Shown here in pieces: positions 26,295-36,600 of a stretch of 64,000 nt of DNA. Both the position numbers and the translations under genes were made by a program. Source of the stretch: an uncultured bacterium. Its GTDB lineage: Bacteria; Zixibacteria; MSB-5A5; UBA10806. The stretch is taken from the NCBI GenBank assembly GCA_965541585.1, contig CBEUCH010000003.1, positions 64,001 through 128,000 on the forward strand. The letters are read 5' to 3'. Position 1 is the stretch's first letter; the number at the start of each line of letters is the position of its first letter. A model generated the notes under the pieces. That model was not told where the DNA came from and ran no database searches. It saw only the letters and a list, made by a program, of their open reading frames with translations.

Positions 26295-29003
26295 ATGAAA
26301 ACTGTTAAGATAATTCTAATTGGGTTTACGCTTCTATCATTGGCATCGATCGGTTTTGTAGAGGGTTTGGCTCAAAATCCTGCCCCGACCACCACTGGGA
26401 TGGGATCGTGGCCGTTCTCAAGCAGGCACATCTTAAACCCGGTTATTCAGGAGATGGTCGATTCGGTATCGCCGGATATTATAATCTCCAACCTGGAGGA
26501 TGTGGTCGGCTTCTACACCCGCCAGACAAATTCGGATACTCTCTCTCCCGATATCGGCATCGGGGCAACCAGGCGGTGGATTTACGGGCAATTCGAGGAA
26601 TACCGGGACGACCCCGAAGCCTTCGCGCTCGAGCCGGACTATTTCACGTTCAACGCTACGGTTTGCGGTATCGCCGGCGAGCATCGTAACGTCATGGCTA
26701 CGTTGCCGGGGACTGCGACGCCGGAGCGGCACTTCGTCGTCATGGGGCATATGGATGGACGAACGATAAACGTGTGCGACGCTGTTTCCTTCGCACCGTC
26801 GGCCAATGACGATGGCAGCGGTACGGTGGTGGCTATGGAAGTGGCACGCGTTATGAGCCGCTACTCATTCGAATCGACCGTCAACGTTATGATTGTAACC
26901 GGTGAGGATCAGGGTCTTTACGGCAGCACGGCCTACGCCCAGTGGGCGGTCGATCAGGGTATGATGATAGGTGCGGCGATAACCAACGACGTCGTGGGAA
27001 ATATTGAGGGATGTGAAAATCCCTCCTGTCCTCCCGGGGAACCGGTGATTATCGATAGTACCTCGGTTCGGCATTTTTCGGGTACGCCGGATACGGGCCT
27101 GTCCCGCCAGCTTTCCCGATATATGAAACTCAAAGCGCTGGAATATGTCCCGGACTTCACCATCGATCTGATCCTGGCGCGGGATCGTCCCGGCCGCTCG
27201 GGTGATCACATACCGTTTCACGATCGTGGATACGCCGCCGTGCGATTCACGGAAGCGAATGAAAACGGTGATGGAAGCGGCAACAACGGAAGGCAGCACA
27301 ACGAATTCGATATTATATCTGAGATGAATACGAACGCCGGATATATGGCAAACATCGCCAGAATCAACATTGCAGGCATAGCCGGCCTGGCGCTTGCCCC
27401 GGAGACGCCCGGTGGACTCGAGACCGGTAACGTTGGAGATGGCTCGACTGTAATCCTCTCCTGGCCCGCAGAACAGACCGAGCCGGATTTCGCAGGCTAC
27501 CGGGTTGCGGTTCGCCCCGTAGGACAGCTATTTTATACGGATATTTTCGATGCGGAAGATGAAAACGAATATACTCTATCCGGCCTTCTCGAGGGCCAGA
27601 CTGTATATCTCAGTATATCTGCGTATGACACCGATGAGAACGAAAGTGTCTTTTCCGAAGAGGTCTCATTTACACCATCGAGCGTACCGGTAGCGCCGGA
27701 GGATCCGGACGCCACCTCGGAGGAGAATGGGATACAACTCGATTGGACGCCCAGCAACGAGCTTGATATCGATGGCTATGGTATCTACCGCATGGAAACA
27801 GGGCAGGGCGATCCCGAACTCATATATACCGTCTCTCACCCTGCGTCCGAGTGGTACGACGATACGGTTTCGCCCCATGTTTTATACACGTATTATATCA
27901 CCGCCATAGACGTTGATCAAAATGAGAGCGGTTTCTCCGATCCTGTACTGGGACAACTCGCCACGCACGACAACGGCATTATCATCATCGATGGGACATT
28001 GGACGGTTCAGGCGGCCCGCTACAGCCTACCGACGACCAGGTCGATGACTACTACGATATGATTCTCGCCGGTTTTAACATCGGAGGACAGTGGGATGTT
28101 GTCGACAGCAACTCGGCCGGATTGCGATTCAGCGACGCTCATCTGGCTCCCTTCTCCGTGGCGGTTCTGCACTGCGATAGGCTTAACGCCCAGCTTCAGC
28201 AGGATACGACCGCCTTACGTAAGTATCTCGATAACGGGGGCCGCCTTTTCTTGAGTGGATGGAACCTCTCATATGCGCTGGCAGGGAACACATCCGATTT
28301 TACAGTCTTTCCTCCGGGCAGCTTTTTCAGGGAGTATCTCAAGGTGGACTCGCTGGGCGTCTCGGAGGTTTCAAATCAGGATTTTGTGAGCGCCCCGTCA
28401 CTGATGCCCTCAATTTACCCCGATCTCGTGATCGATAGCGCCAAGGTGCCGATCTTTGATCATCGCCTGCTGAAAATGGAGGCTTTTCTTGCACCCCTGG
28501 TCGATGAGCCGCTGACTGAGCCTCTCTACATTTATGAATCGTCAATGGGTGATGAGTTCCGATTGCACGGGGAACCGGTTGCCCTCAGGTATCTTGACGC
28601 TGATCTTCAGCTTGTCGTTTTCGACGTGCCTCTCTTTTTCATCCTGCAGGAACCGGCTACAGCTGCCGCGCGGCAAGCCTTAACCGATCTGGGGGAGATA
28701 CCGCTTGGAATCGTCGATAATAATCCTTCGCAAGTTCCGGGGAGATTCGAACTGTCCGCCGGCTATCCGAATCCCTTCAATTCCTCTACGGTTCTCTGTT
28801 ACAGCCTGCCGCAATCATCGGAGATAACTATCTCGATCTATAATCTCCTTGGCCAGAAACTGTCCACCATCTATAAAGGCATTCAGCAGCCGGGCGACCA
28901 TACCGTCACCTGGAACGCCACGGATTTCCCCTCCGGCATCTATTTCGCACGCCTGGAGACTAAGGACGCATCCGAGAGTATAAAACTGCTTTTGCTGAAA
29001 TAA
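26295..29003 (+). CDS. Secreted M28-family peptidase with FN3 domains and a C-terminal T9SS type-A-like sorting domain
   Basis: Signal peptide, GHMD, ANDDGSG, GEDQGL.GS, SDH..F, two FN3-like units, and C-terminal YPNPFN..IYNLLGQ..SGIYF..KLLLLK. ATG 26295 follows SD GAGG. Confidence 0.85.
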   Translation: MKTVKIILIGFTLLSLASIGFVEGLAQNPAPTTTGMGSWPFSSRHILNPVIQEMVDSVSPDIIISNLEDVVGFYTRQTNSDTLSPDIGIGATRRWIYGQFEEYRDDPEAFALEPDYFTFNATVCGIAGEHRNVMATLPGTATPERHFVVMGHMDGRTINVCDAVSFAPSANDDGSGTVVAMEVARVMSRYSFESTVNVMIVTGEDQGLYGSTAYAQWAVDQGMMIGAAITNDVVGNIEGCENPSCPPGEPVIIDSTSVRHFSGTPDTGLSRQLSRYMKLKALEYVPDFTIDLILARDRPGRSGDHIPFHDRGYAAVRFTEANENGDGSGNNGRQHNEFDIISEMNTNAGYMANIARINIAGIAGLALAPETPGGLETGNVGDGSTVILSWPAEQTEPDFAGYRVAVRPVGQLFYTDIFDAEDENEYTLSGLLEGQTVYLSISAYDTDENESVFSEEVSFTPSSVPVAPEDPDATSEENGIQLDWTPSNELDIDGYGIYRMETGQGDPELIYTVSHPASEWYDDTVSPHVLYTYYITAIDVDQNESGFSDPVLGQLATHDNGIIIIDGTLDGSGGPLQPTDDQVDDYYDMILAGFNIGGQWDVVDSNSAGLRFSDAHLAPFSVAVLHCDRLNAQLQQDTTALRKYLDNGGRLFLSGWNLSYALAGNTSDFTVFPPGSFFREYLKVDSLGVSEVSNQDFVSAPSLMPSIYPDLVIDSAKVPIFDHRLLKMEAFLAPLVDEPLTEPLYIYESSMGDEFRLHGEPVALRYLDADLQLVVFDVPLFFILQEPATAAARQALTDLGEIPLGIVDNNPSQVPGRFELSAGYPNPFNSSTVLCYSLPQSSEITISIYNLLGQKLSTIYKGIQQPGDHTVTWNATDFPSGIYFARLETKDASESIKLLLLK

Positions 29004-29060
29004 AGCCTGATTCTGCAACGCCATAACAGATTCCTGTAAACCAAAATTGACAGATTTTCC

Positions 29061-29088
29061 TTGACAGATCGAAAATAGGGGGTAAATT
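29061..29088 (+). promoter_or_regulatory. sigma70-like promoter
   Basis: TTGACA-N16-TAAATT upstream of the gene at 29122. Confidence 0.5.
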
Positions 29089-29121
29089 ACATATTAGATA
29101 CTCCATTATGGAGGAATAGAA

Positions 29122-30861
29122 GTGAAGTCTCTAAGCTTATATTTTGTTTCCCTTATCGCCATATTGGCCCTTGTGGTTCCCCCGGCCCACGCCGACTACC
29201 ACTACGCCAGCCATGAGGGGAGCGACGAATACCCCTATACATCTTGGGAGACCGGGGCCTGGCTCATACAGGACGCGGTGGATGCCACCGATCCCCGTGA
29301 TACGCTGTATATAGGCTCCGGGGATTGGTTTGAGGCGGTGGCCACCGACGTGTATGATTCTATAGCTATTATCGGTATGGGAATGGACAGCACCTTCTGC
29401 CACACCGACGAACATCATGTGACGGTCATGGTCACTGATTACGGCTGTTCGGTCGAGGGCATTACATTCTGGCATGATGATAATTGGAAGTGCCTCCGAG
29501 CCAGGGCGTTCGCCGATATATCCGTGAAAAATTGTAAGTTCCTCAATTCATGGGTCGGCGTTGAGGTGTCGGGCGGGCCCACGACAATTACTGACTGCAT
29601 TTTTGACAGTTGCCGAAGATCGATATTCCTTCCGGGTTGGCGAGGAGATTATTTTATAAGTAACAACCTTATACTAAATGGGTATGAAAATGAGGCTATG
29701 TTGCTTCGAGTCCGATCAGCGATTGTCGAAAACAATATCATTATCAATTCGGATGACAATATGGATGGGATGCATGGTACATCTGCAATTATAAGAAACA
29801 ATATAGTGATAAACGGTTCACGGGGAATAGCGGTCGATTTTGACAGCGTCTATAACAACGTAGTTATGAATATCAATTTCCCGAGCGTATCAAACTGGGG
29901 TATTGTGAATTCGGGGTATCCTTTTGATGTCGATTCTATTTTCAACAATTCCATAACAGGCTGTATTATTGGAGTGTTGGTCCACAGTCCCATATACATA
30001 AGCCATAACAACTTCCGGGACAACGATACGTATATATATAATTCGGAAAATCATCAGATTGATTCCGTCGGGAACATCTACTCATACCCAATGTATTATT
30101 CCGAAGAAGATCTTCATCTGCAGGCGTTTTCTCCGCTTATAGATGCCGGCGATCCTAACTACTTCGATATTAACGGTTCCAGATCCGATATAGGGGCTTA
30201 TGGAGGGCCTTATGGGGAGTCATACGAATACCAGGATTTGCCTCCGGAGATCCCCGACAGCCTATCGGCAATCGTAAGCTACGAAGATTCCACTATTTAT
30301 TTAAACTGGCTTTATAATTATGAGGCTGATTTCAGCAACTATATGCTTCATCGCTCGGAGGAATCTGGCTTCGAACCCGATTATATGAATCTCATCGCCG
30401 AGCCGGAAACATCTTATTATGAGGACAATGATTGGGTATTCGGGCAGGATTATTACTATAGAATAGCCTCTATGGACAGCCAGGGGAATACCTCGGAGTA
30501 TTCTGAGGAACTGGCAGTCATTCAGACGGGTGTAGACGAAACCGGGGGTTCTCAAATACCGTTCTTGACGGAGCTGCGGAATAATTATCCCAATCCCTTT
30601 AACAGCAGCACTACCATTGTCTATTCTGTTGCCAACCTGGGTCCTATCCCGGCCAGGATCGAAATAGGCATCTACGATATTTCCGGCAGGAAGGTAAGGA
30701 CATTGATAGATGAAAGGATGGGCGTCGGGGTCTATAGAGCCATCTGGGACGGCAAGACCGACGACGGGCGTGAGTGCTCCTCGGGTGTATATTTTGCCCG
30801 AATAAATCAATGGGGTCTCGATCTTAACGGGAGACCTGTGAAACTGATGTTGATTCGATGA
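29122..30861 (+). CDS. Secreted right-handed beta-helix protein with FN3 and T9SS-like C-terminal domain (copy 1)
   Basis: Signal peptide ending AHA, IQDAVD, I.NN.I repeats, LQAFSPLIDAGDP..DIGAYGG, FN3, NYPNPFN..SSGVYF. Confidence 0.8.
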   Translation: MKSLSLYFVSLIAILALVVPPAHADYHYASHEGSDEYPYTSWETGAWLIQDAVDATDPRDTLYIGSGDWFEAVATDVYDSIAIIGMGMDSTFCHTDEHHVTVMVTDYGCSVEGITFWHDDNWKCLRARAFADISVKNCKFLNSWVGVEVSGGPTTITDCIFDSCRRSIFLPGWRGDYFISNNLILNGYENEAMLLRVRSAIVENNIIINSDDNMDGMHGTSAIIRNNIVINGSRGIAVDFDSVYNNVVMNINFPSVSNWGIVNSGYPFDVDSIFNNSITGCIIGVLVHSPIYISHNNFRDNDTYIYNSENHQIDSVGNIYSYPMYYSEEDLHLQAFSPLIDAGDPNYFDINGSRSDIGAYGGPYGESYEYQDLPPEIPDSLSAIVSYEDSTIYLNWLYNYEADFSNYMLHRSEESGFEPDYMNLIAEPETSYYEDNDWVFGQDYYYRIASMDSQGNTSEYSEELAVIQTGVDETGGSQIPFLTELRNNYPNPFNSSTTIVYSVANLGPIPARIEIGIYDISGRKVRTLIDERMGVGVYRAIWDGKTDDGRECSSGVYFARINQWGLDLNGRPVKLMLIR

Positions 30862-30875
30862 AGGGAGGGAATCAG

Positions 30876-31898
30876 ATGTTGAGGATTTTCAAGATTGTCA
30901 TAACGATCATTGTGATTTCCTATGCTGCTTATGGAATCATAAGGGCGGACAACGAGTTGCCGTTCGGGGCGTGGTCATCGCAGCATGCGGATAAAGTAGA
31001 TCCCTACGATGACGATATGCTGACCACGCTTCACGACAGTCTCGGTTTCAATGTCTGGAACTCGGGTGGTTTTAACGAGTATCAGGTCGGTCGCTGGTAT
31101 AATAATGGGATCATGTCGATTCCGGTAGGTATTTACGCTGACGATGATGGTATATTGATAGATTCTTTGACTGAGGCCCATTACAAATATTCGCTGGCGC
31201 AATACTTGATAGTCCAGGCGGAGGATGAATCGTCGGACTACAAGTTTGAGACCAGGAATGGCACAATCGAGGATGACACCATTCTGGTATTCAGCGAGCC
31301 GGATACGGTGATGCTGGATAGCCTTGTCGTTACCCAGACGCGTACTGAACATGCCTTGCATGGTTGGCACATCAATGTTCGTTATTCGCCTTATCTAAGG
31401 ATGGGTTATCTTCGAGAGAGCTGGACGAATTCCAGCGATATCCTGGGCAGGTTTCGTGTGATACCTATAGATGACACTACGGTGGCCAGGCTGGACACCG
31501 TTATAACAGCCGGGGACTTGCCGTCCGATTCGACATTAACGCTTTTGTCTCTGGGTGATTACACAATCAGGGACGACAACTGGAAAGCGAAAAATATGAG
31601 ATTTCAATTTATAAAGCCCGATTCGCACACGGTTATGATCGACTATTTCAAGGTCCACTGCCAGGAGGGCGCCAGATTAGTGGAAGATGGTGACTACGAT
31701 GACCTTCTGGTGGAATATTTAATTCGTGGTAGTTCTGTCGACGATAGATTCAGATGGAGTTTCAAATGCGAGCTGCCGACGGAAAACCGGTTCGTTTATA
31801 ATCATTTGGACAGCCTTTTATGGGTTGCGGCCAGGGAACTGAGGTTGGCTGAGATGAGGGCCATGCGGGACGGCCGATCGATACTGATAGGAGATTAG
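30876..31898 (+). CDS. Secreted hypothetical protein, short paralog of the N-terminus of 33687-37028
   Basis: Signal peptide and clear homology to the downstream large protein, with no C-terminal sorting domain. ATG 30876 follows SD GGAGG (ORF-track start 30858). Confidence 0.75.
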   Translation: MLRIFKIVITIIVISYAAYGIIRADNELPFGAWSSQHADKVDPYDDDMLTTLHDSLGFNVWNSGGFNEYQVGRWYNNGIMSIPVGIYADDDGILIDSLTEAHYKYSLAQYLIVQAEDESSDYKFETRNGTIEDDTILVFSEPDTVMLDSLVVTQTRTEHALHGWHINVRYSPYLRMGYLRESWTNSSDILGRFRVIPIDDTTVARLDTVITAGDLPSDSTLTLLSLGDYTIRDDNWKAKNMRFQFIKPDSHTVMIDYFKVHCQEGARLVEDGDYDDLLVEYLIRGSSVDDRFRWSFKCELPTENRFVYNHLDSLLWVAARELRLAEMRAMRDGRSILIGD

Positions 31899-31902
31899 AG
31901 GA

Positions 31903-33672
31903 ATGCTCGCTTTGAAGATAAAGAACAAGCGTGTAAACTCCGTAATATTAACTCCGATTCTCACGATGCTTACTCTGGCGAGTCTGGCTTCCCCCGCCCG
32001 TGCCGACTACCACTACGCCAGCCATGAGGGGAGCGACGAATACCCCTATACATCTTGGGAGACCGGGGCCTGGCTCATACAGGACGCGGTGGATGCCACC
32101 GATCCCCGTGATACGCTGTATATAGGCTCCGGGGATTGGTTTGAGGCGGTGGCCACCGACGTGTATGATTCTATAGCTATTATCGGTATGGGAATGGACA
32201 GCACCTTCTGCCACACCGACGAACATCATGTGACGGTCATGGTCACTGATTACGGCTGTTCGGTCGAGGGCATTACATTCTGGCATGATGATAATTGGAA
32301 GTGCCTCCGAGCCAGGGCGTTCGCCGATATATCCGTGAAAAATTGTAAGTTCCTCAATTCATGGGTCGGCGTTGAGGTGTCGGGCGGGCCCACGACAATT
32401 ACTGACTGCATTTTTGACAGTTGCCGAAGATCGATATTCCTTCCGGGTTGGCGAGGAGATTATTTTATAAGTAACAACCTTATACTAAATGGGTATGAAA
32501 ATGAGGCTATGTTGCTTCGAGTCCGATCAGCGATTGTCGAAAACAATATCATTATCAATTCGGATGACAATATGGATGGGATGCATGGTACATCTGCAAT
32601 TATAAGAAACAATATAGTGATAAACGGTTCACGGGGAATAGCGGTCGATTTTGACAGCGTCTATAACAACGTAGTTATGAATATCAATTTCCCGAGCGTA
32701 TCAAACTGGGGTATTGTGAATTCGGGGTATCCTTTTGATGTCGATTCTATTTTCAACAATTCCATAACAGGCTGTATTATTGGAGTGTTGGTCCACAGTC
32801 CCATATACATAAGCCATAACAACTTCCGGGACAACGATACGTATATATATAATTCGGAAAATCATCAGATTGATTCCGTCGGGAACATCTACTCATACCC
32901 AATGTATTATTCCGAAGAAGATCTTCATCTGCAGGCGTTTTCTCCGCTTATCGATGCCGGCGATCCCAACTACTTCGATGTTGACGGTTCCAGATCTGAT
33001 ATAGGGGCTTATGGAGGGCCTTATGGGGAGTCTTACGATTACCAGGATCTGCCGCCGAGGATCCCCGACAGCCTATCGGCAATAATCAGCTATGATGATT
33101 CCACGATCTATTTAAGCTGGCTTTATAACTATGAGGCTGATTTCGGCCATTATATGTTGCATCGCTCCGAGGAGTCCGGTTTCGAGCCCGATTATATGAA
33201 TCTTATCGCCGAGCCGGAAACATCTTATTATGAGGACAACGATTGGGTATTTGGCCAGGATTATTACTATAGAATAGCCTCTGTGGACAGCCAGGGGAAT
33301 ATCTCGGGATATTCTGAGGAACTGGCAGTCATTCAGACGGGTGTATACGAAACCGGGGGTTCTCAAATACCGTTCTTGACGGAGTTGCGGAATAATTATC
33401 CCAATCCGTTTAACAGCAGTACTACCATTGTCTATTCTGTTGCCAATATGGGTCCTATCCCGGCCAGGATCGAAATAGGCATCTACGATATTTCCGGCAG
33501 GAAGGTAAGGACATTGATAGATGAAAGGATGGGCGTCGGGGTCTATAGAGCCATCTGGGACGGCAAGACCGACGACGGGCGTGAGTGCTCCTCGGGTGTA
33601 TATTTTGCCCGAATAAATCAATGGGGTCTCGATCTTAACGGGAGACCTGTGAAACTGATGTTGATTCGATGA
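31903..33672 (+). CDS. Secreted right-handed beta-helix protein with FN3 and T9SS-like C-terminal domain (copy 2)
   Basis: Mature region is nearly identical to 29122-30861, but the signal peptide differs and ends ARA. Confidence 0.8.
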   Translation: MLALKIKNKRVNSVILTPILTMLTLASLASPARADYHYASHEGSDEYPYTSWETGAWLIQDAVDATDPRDTLYIGSGDWFEAVATDVYDSIAIIGMGMDSTFCHTDEHHVTVMVTDYGCSVEGITFWHDDNWKCLRARAFADISVKNCKFLNSWVGVEVSGGPTTITDCIFDSCRRSIFLPGWRGDYFISNNLILNGYENEAMLLRVRSAIVENNIIINSDDNMDGMHGTSAIIRNNIVINGSRGIAVDFDSVYNNVVMNINFPSVSNWGIVNSGYPFDVDSIFNNSITGCIIGVLVHSPIYISHNNFRDNDTYIYNSENHQIDSVGNIYSYPMYYSEEDLHLQAFSPLIDAGDPNYFDVDGSRSDIGAYGGPYGESYDYQDLPPRIPDSLSAIISYDDSTIYLSWLYNYEADFGHYMLHRSEESGFEPDYMNLIAEPETSYYEDNDWVFGQDYYYRIASVDSQGNISGYSEELAVIQTGVYETGGSQIPFLTELRNNYPNPFNSSTTIVYSVANMGPIPARIEIGIYDISGRKVRTLIDERMGVGVYRAIWDGKTDDGRECSSGVYFARINQWGLDLNGRPVKLMLIR

Positions 33673-33686
33673 AGGGAGGGAATCAG

Positions 33687-36600
33687 ATGTTGAGGATTTT
33701 CAAGATTGTCATAACGATCATTGTGATTTCCTATGCTGCTTATGGAATCATAAGGGCGGACAACGAGTTGCCGTTCGGGGCGTGGTCATCGCAGCATGCG
33801 GATAAAGTAGATCCCTACGATGACGATATGCTGACCACACTTCACGACACTCTCGGTTTCAATGTCTGGAATTCCGGTGGTTTTAACGAGTACCAGGTCG
33901 GTCGCTGGTATGATGATGGGATCATGTCGATTCCGGTAGGTATCTACGCCGACACAAATGGTATCCTGATCGATTCACTAACCGAGGCTCATTACAAATA
34001 CTCGCTGGCGCAATACTTGATAGTCCAGGCGGAGGATGAATCGTCGGATTTCAGGTTTAAGATCAACAATGAATCCACTCCGGATGACACCATTCTGGTT
34101 TATAGCGAGCCGGATGCTGTAATGCTGGACGACCTGGTCTTTACCCAAACGCGTACGGAACATGCCTTGCATGGTTGGCAGGAGGAGGTTCTTTATACGC
34201 CATATCTCAAGATCGGTTATCTTCGAGAGAGCTGGACGGATTCCAGCGATGTTCTGGGCAGGTTTCGGGTGATACCGACGGACGACACTACGGACGTCAG
34301 GCTGGACACGCTTATAACAGCGGGGCAGCTGCCCTCTGATTCGACCCTGACTCTATTGGAGTTGGGTGAATACACGACCTGGGATACCAGTTGGGACCTA
34401 AGAAATGTGAGATTCCAGTTTATAAAGCCTGATTCGCACACGGTCATGATAGATTATTTCAAAGTCCACTGCCAGGAGGGTGACAATCTTATAGATCTTG
34501 GTGAATACGATGACGAGATAAAAGAGTCTGCCGCCCGCAAGGCTTATGAGGGCAAGATACACGCCTGGTATTTAAGAGACGAGCCAAAACCCGGTCATTT
34601 TAGTGCCAGCGGCTACGTGAATTCGCTTATCAAACAGGCAATGCTCGATTCGCTCTGGGATGAATCTAACAGGGTTGAGGGGATGCAGAATTTCATTATT
34701 CGCAATCCGGGCATCAAAGACTTCATACGGCTGGCCGATCCCAACAGGTTGTTTTTGCATCTATATCCTTATCTTGGAGGCGGTGATGGTACAGCGCTTG
34801 TATTATATACAGGTACGACCTGGTTCAATGGCGATGATCATCCTATAGGTCTGCAGGCCTCGTTGAATTACAAAATTGCCAGGCAGGCCGATACGGCGAG
34901 AGGAGTCATAAGCGAAACGTCCAATTCGGTGGTCGAATGGTGGTATACCGCGCAGGCTTTTGCATCAACTGATGAACGCTGGCGCGCCCCGACGAATTCT
35001 GAGTTCAGATGCGCCCTGTATCTGGGTATGTGCTACCAGCCCAGGGGCATAGTCTATTGGAAATTCGACGGGACTACTTCTAAGCCGTTTTCTATAACGG
35101 ACACAAATTATGAGCCGACCAGGTTGTGGACCGTGATCGAGGATGAAATTAATCCTTACATCAAGGCCATTGATTCTAAGTATCTGGATCTGACCTGGGA
35201 AGACGCGTATTATATTGGGGCGGACTCAGCTATGCCAGCCGGTTGGATCGATACGATTTACGCAACATCCAACTCTTCCGATCCCAATCCCGATCTTGGT
35301 TGGTTCCATGTTGGTGAATTTACGGAGGGAAGCGATAAATACATCATGCTGGTCAACAGGGCCTGCTCTCAAGGCGAAGACGATCCCACTCCTGCTCCTT
35401 CAATTACAGCGACGGTGAAATTCGATGCTGGTAACCTTGGTTGGAACTACGTTTACATCATCGACATCGCTGATTCTGTGGATTACGTAGATTACGATTC
35501 CGTCGCCTTCTGGCCCGACACCACCTACTCCGCCAAGCTCAACGGCACCATCCCCTTCACCACCGTGCTTGGCCCGGGTGAAGGACGGTTGTTCAAGATA
35601 GTGGGGACGAATCAACTCAATTTAATAGATACCATAAACACGAATTATACATACCAGGGCAAGATCAAAGTAACAGCCGACGCAGTCGTCCCGGCTGACA
35701 GCGTAATGAAAATCCGCGGTCCTGCGGAATTACACGCATATCGCTGTCCGACCGACAGCAGTGGAGTGGATTCTTTCAAGGTCGAGATTATTGTAAACGG
35801 GACGCTTGATGCTGAGGGAACGGCTTCCGATTCTGTTTTCTTTATCTCGGACACGACTCCTTGTGGCCACCCCTTATTACCGGATGACCCGGAACCCGGT
35901 GACTGGTATGGAATATATTTCGATGAAGATGCCGACGGTACGCTCGAATACTGCTCCATCCAATACGCTACGTATGGAATTGAAATGAGGAAAAACTCAG
36001 AGGTCGGCATTACCGATTGCAGCATCGGCAACAATTCCATCGCAGGCGTATATAACTTCGGCGGTTCTCTTGACCTGGCTAATTCAACGGTTTCGGATAA
36101 CGGCACATACGGACTATTTGGGTATCGCGCAGCGGATTCGGTTTACAATACGCATTTTCTGGACAATGAATCATATGGAATTAAGATTGAGGGCACCAAA
36201 CTAACTAACGATTCGACATTCCTTCTTTGCGATACGTTGAGCTATCTGTCGTCCCCGTCCCAATACGGTATTCTGGTTGACAAGAACGACTACATCAGAA
36301 TTGATCAATGCAAGATCAGCGGCTATGACCAGGGTGCAATTCGTCTCACCAGTTCCGACGCGCTCATAAGCAATAGCAATTTTACTTCTACGGTCGATTA
36401 CAGTACATATTACGGTATTTATGCAGGGAATACTTCCTATCCGTACGTAAGGAGCTGCCTGTTCGATTCTGTGAGGATCGGGGTAAAGGTAGTCACCCCG
36501 GCCAAACCCGATCTGGGCATTGATAGTCAAGGCGAATATGGCAACTCCTCATTCCTTGCCTGCTCCACTTTTGTTCATTATTCAGGTCTTACGCCCGCAA

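Larger units (their letters stand above)
29191..34480. repeat. Tandem direct duplication with period 2811 bp (29191-31669 matches 32002-34480)
   Basis: The offset is the same at both ends. Blocks 29191-30140 and 30638-31027 are identical by eye, while 30141-30637 and 31028-31669 are diverged. Confidence 0.95.

Noticed and set aside
31896..31905. Stop-codon readthrough or frameshift fusing the short paralog to the next gene
   Set aside because: The next gene is in another frame, has its own signal peptide and SD-like sequence, and is not the missing C-terminal part of the long paralog.
29191..34480. Diversity-generating retroelement (template/variable repeat pair)
   Set aside because: Mismatches are not restricted to adenines (many C/T changes), the repeat is about 2.5 kb and coding in both copies, and no reverse transcriptase gene is in the window.
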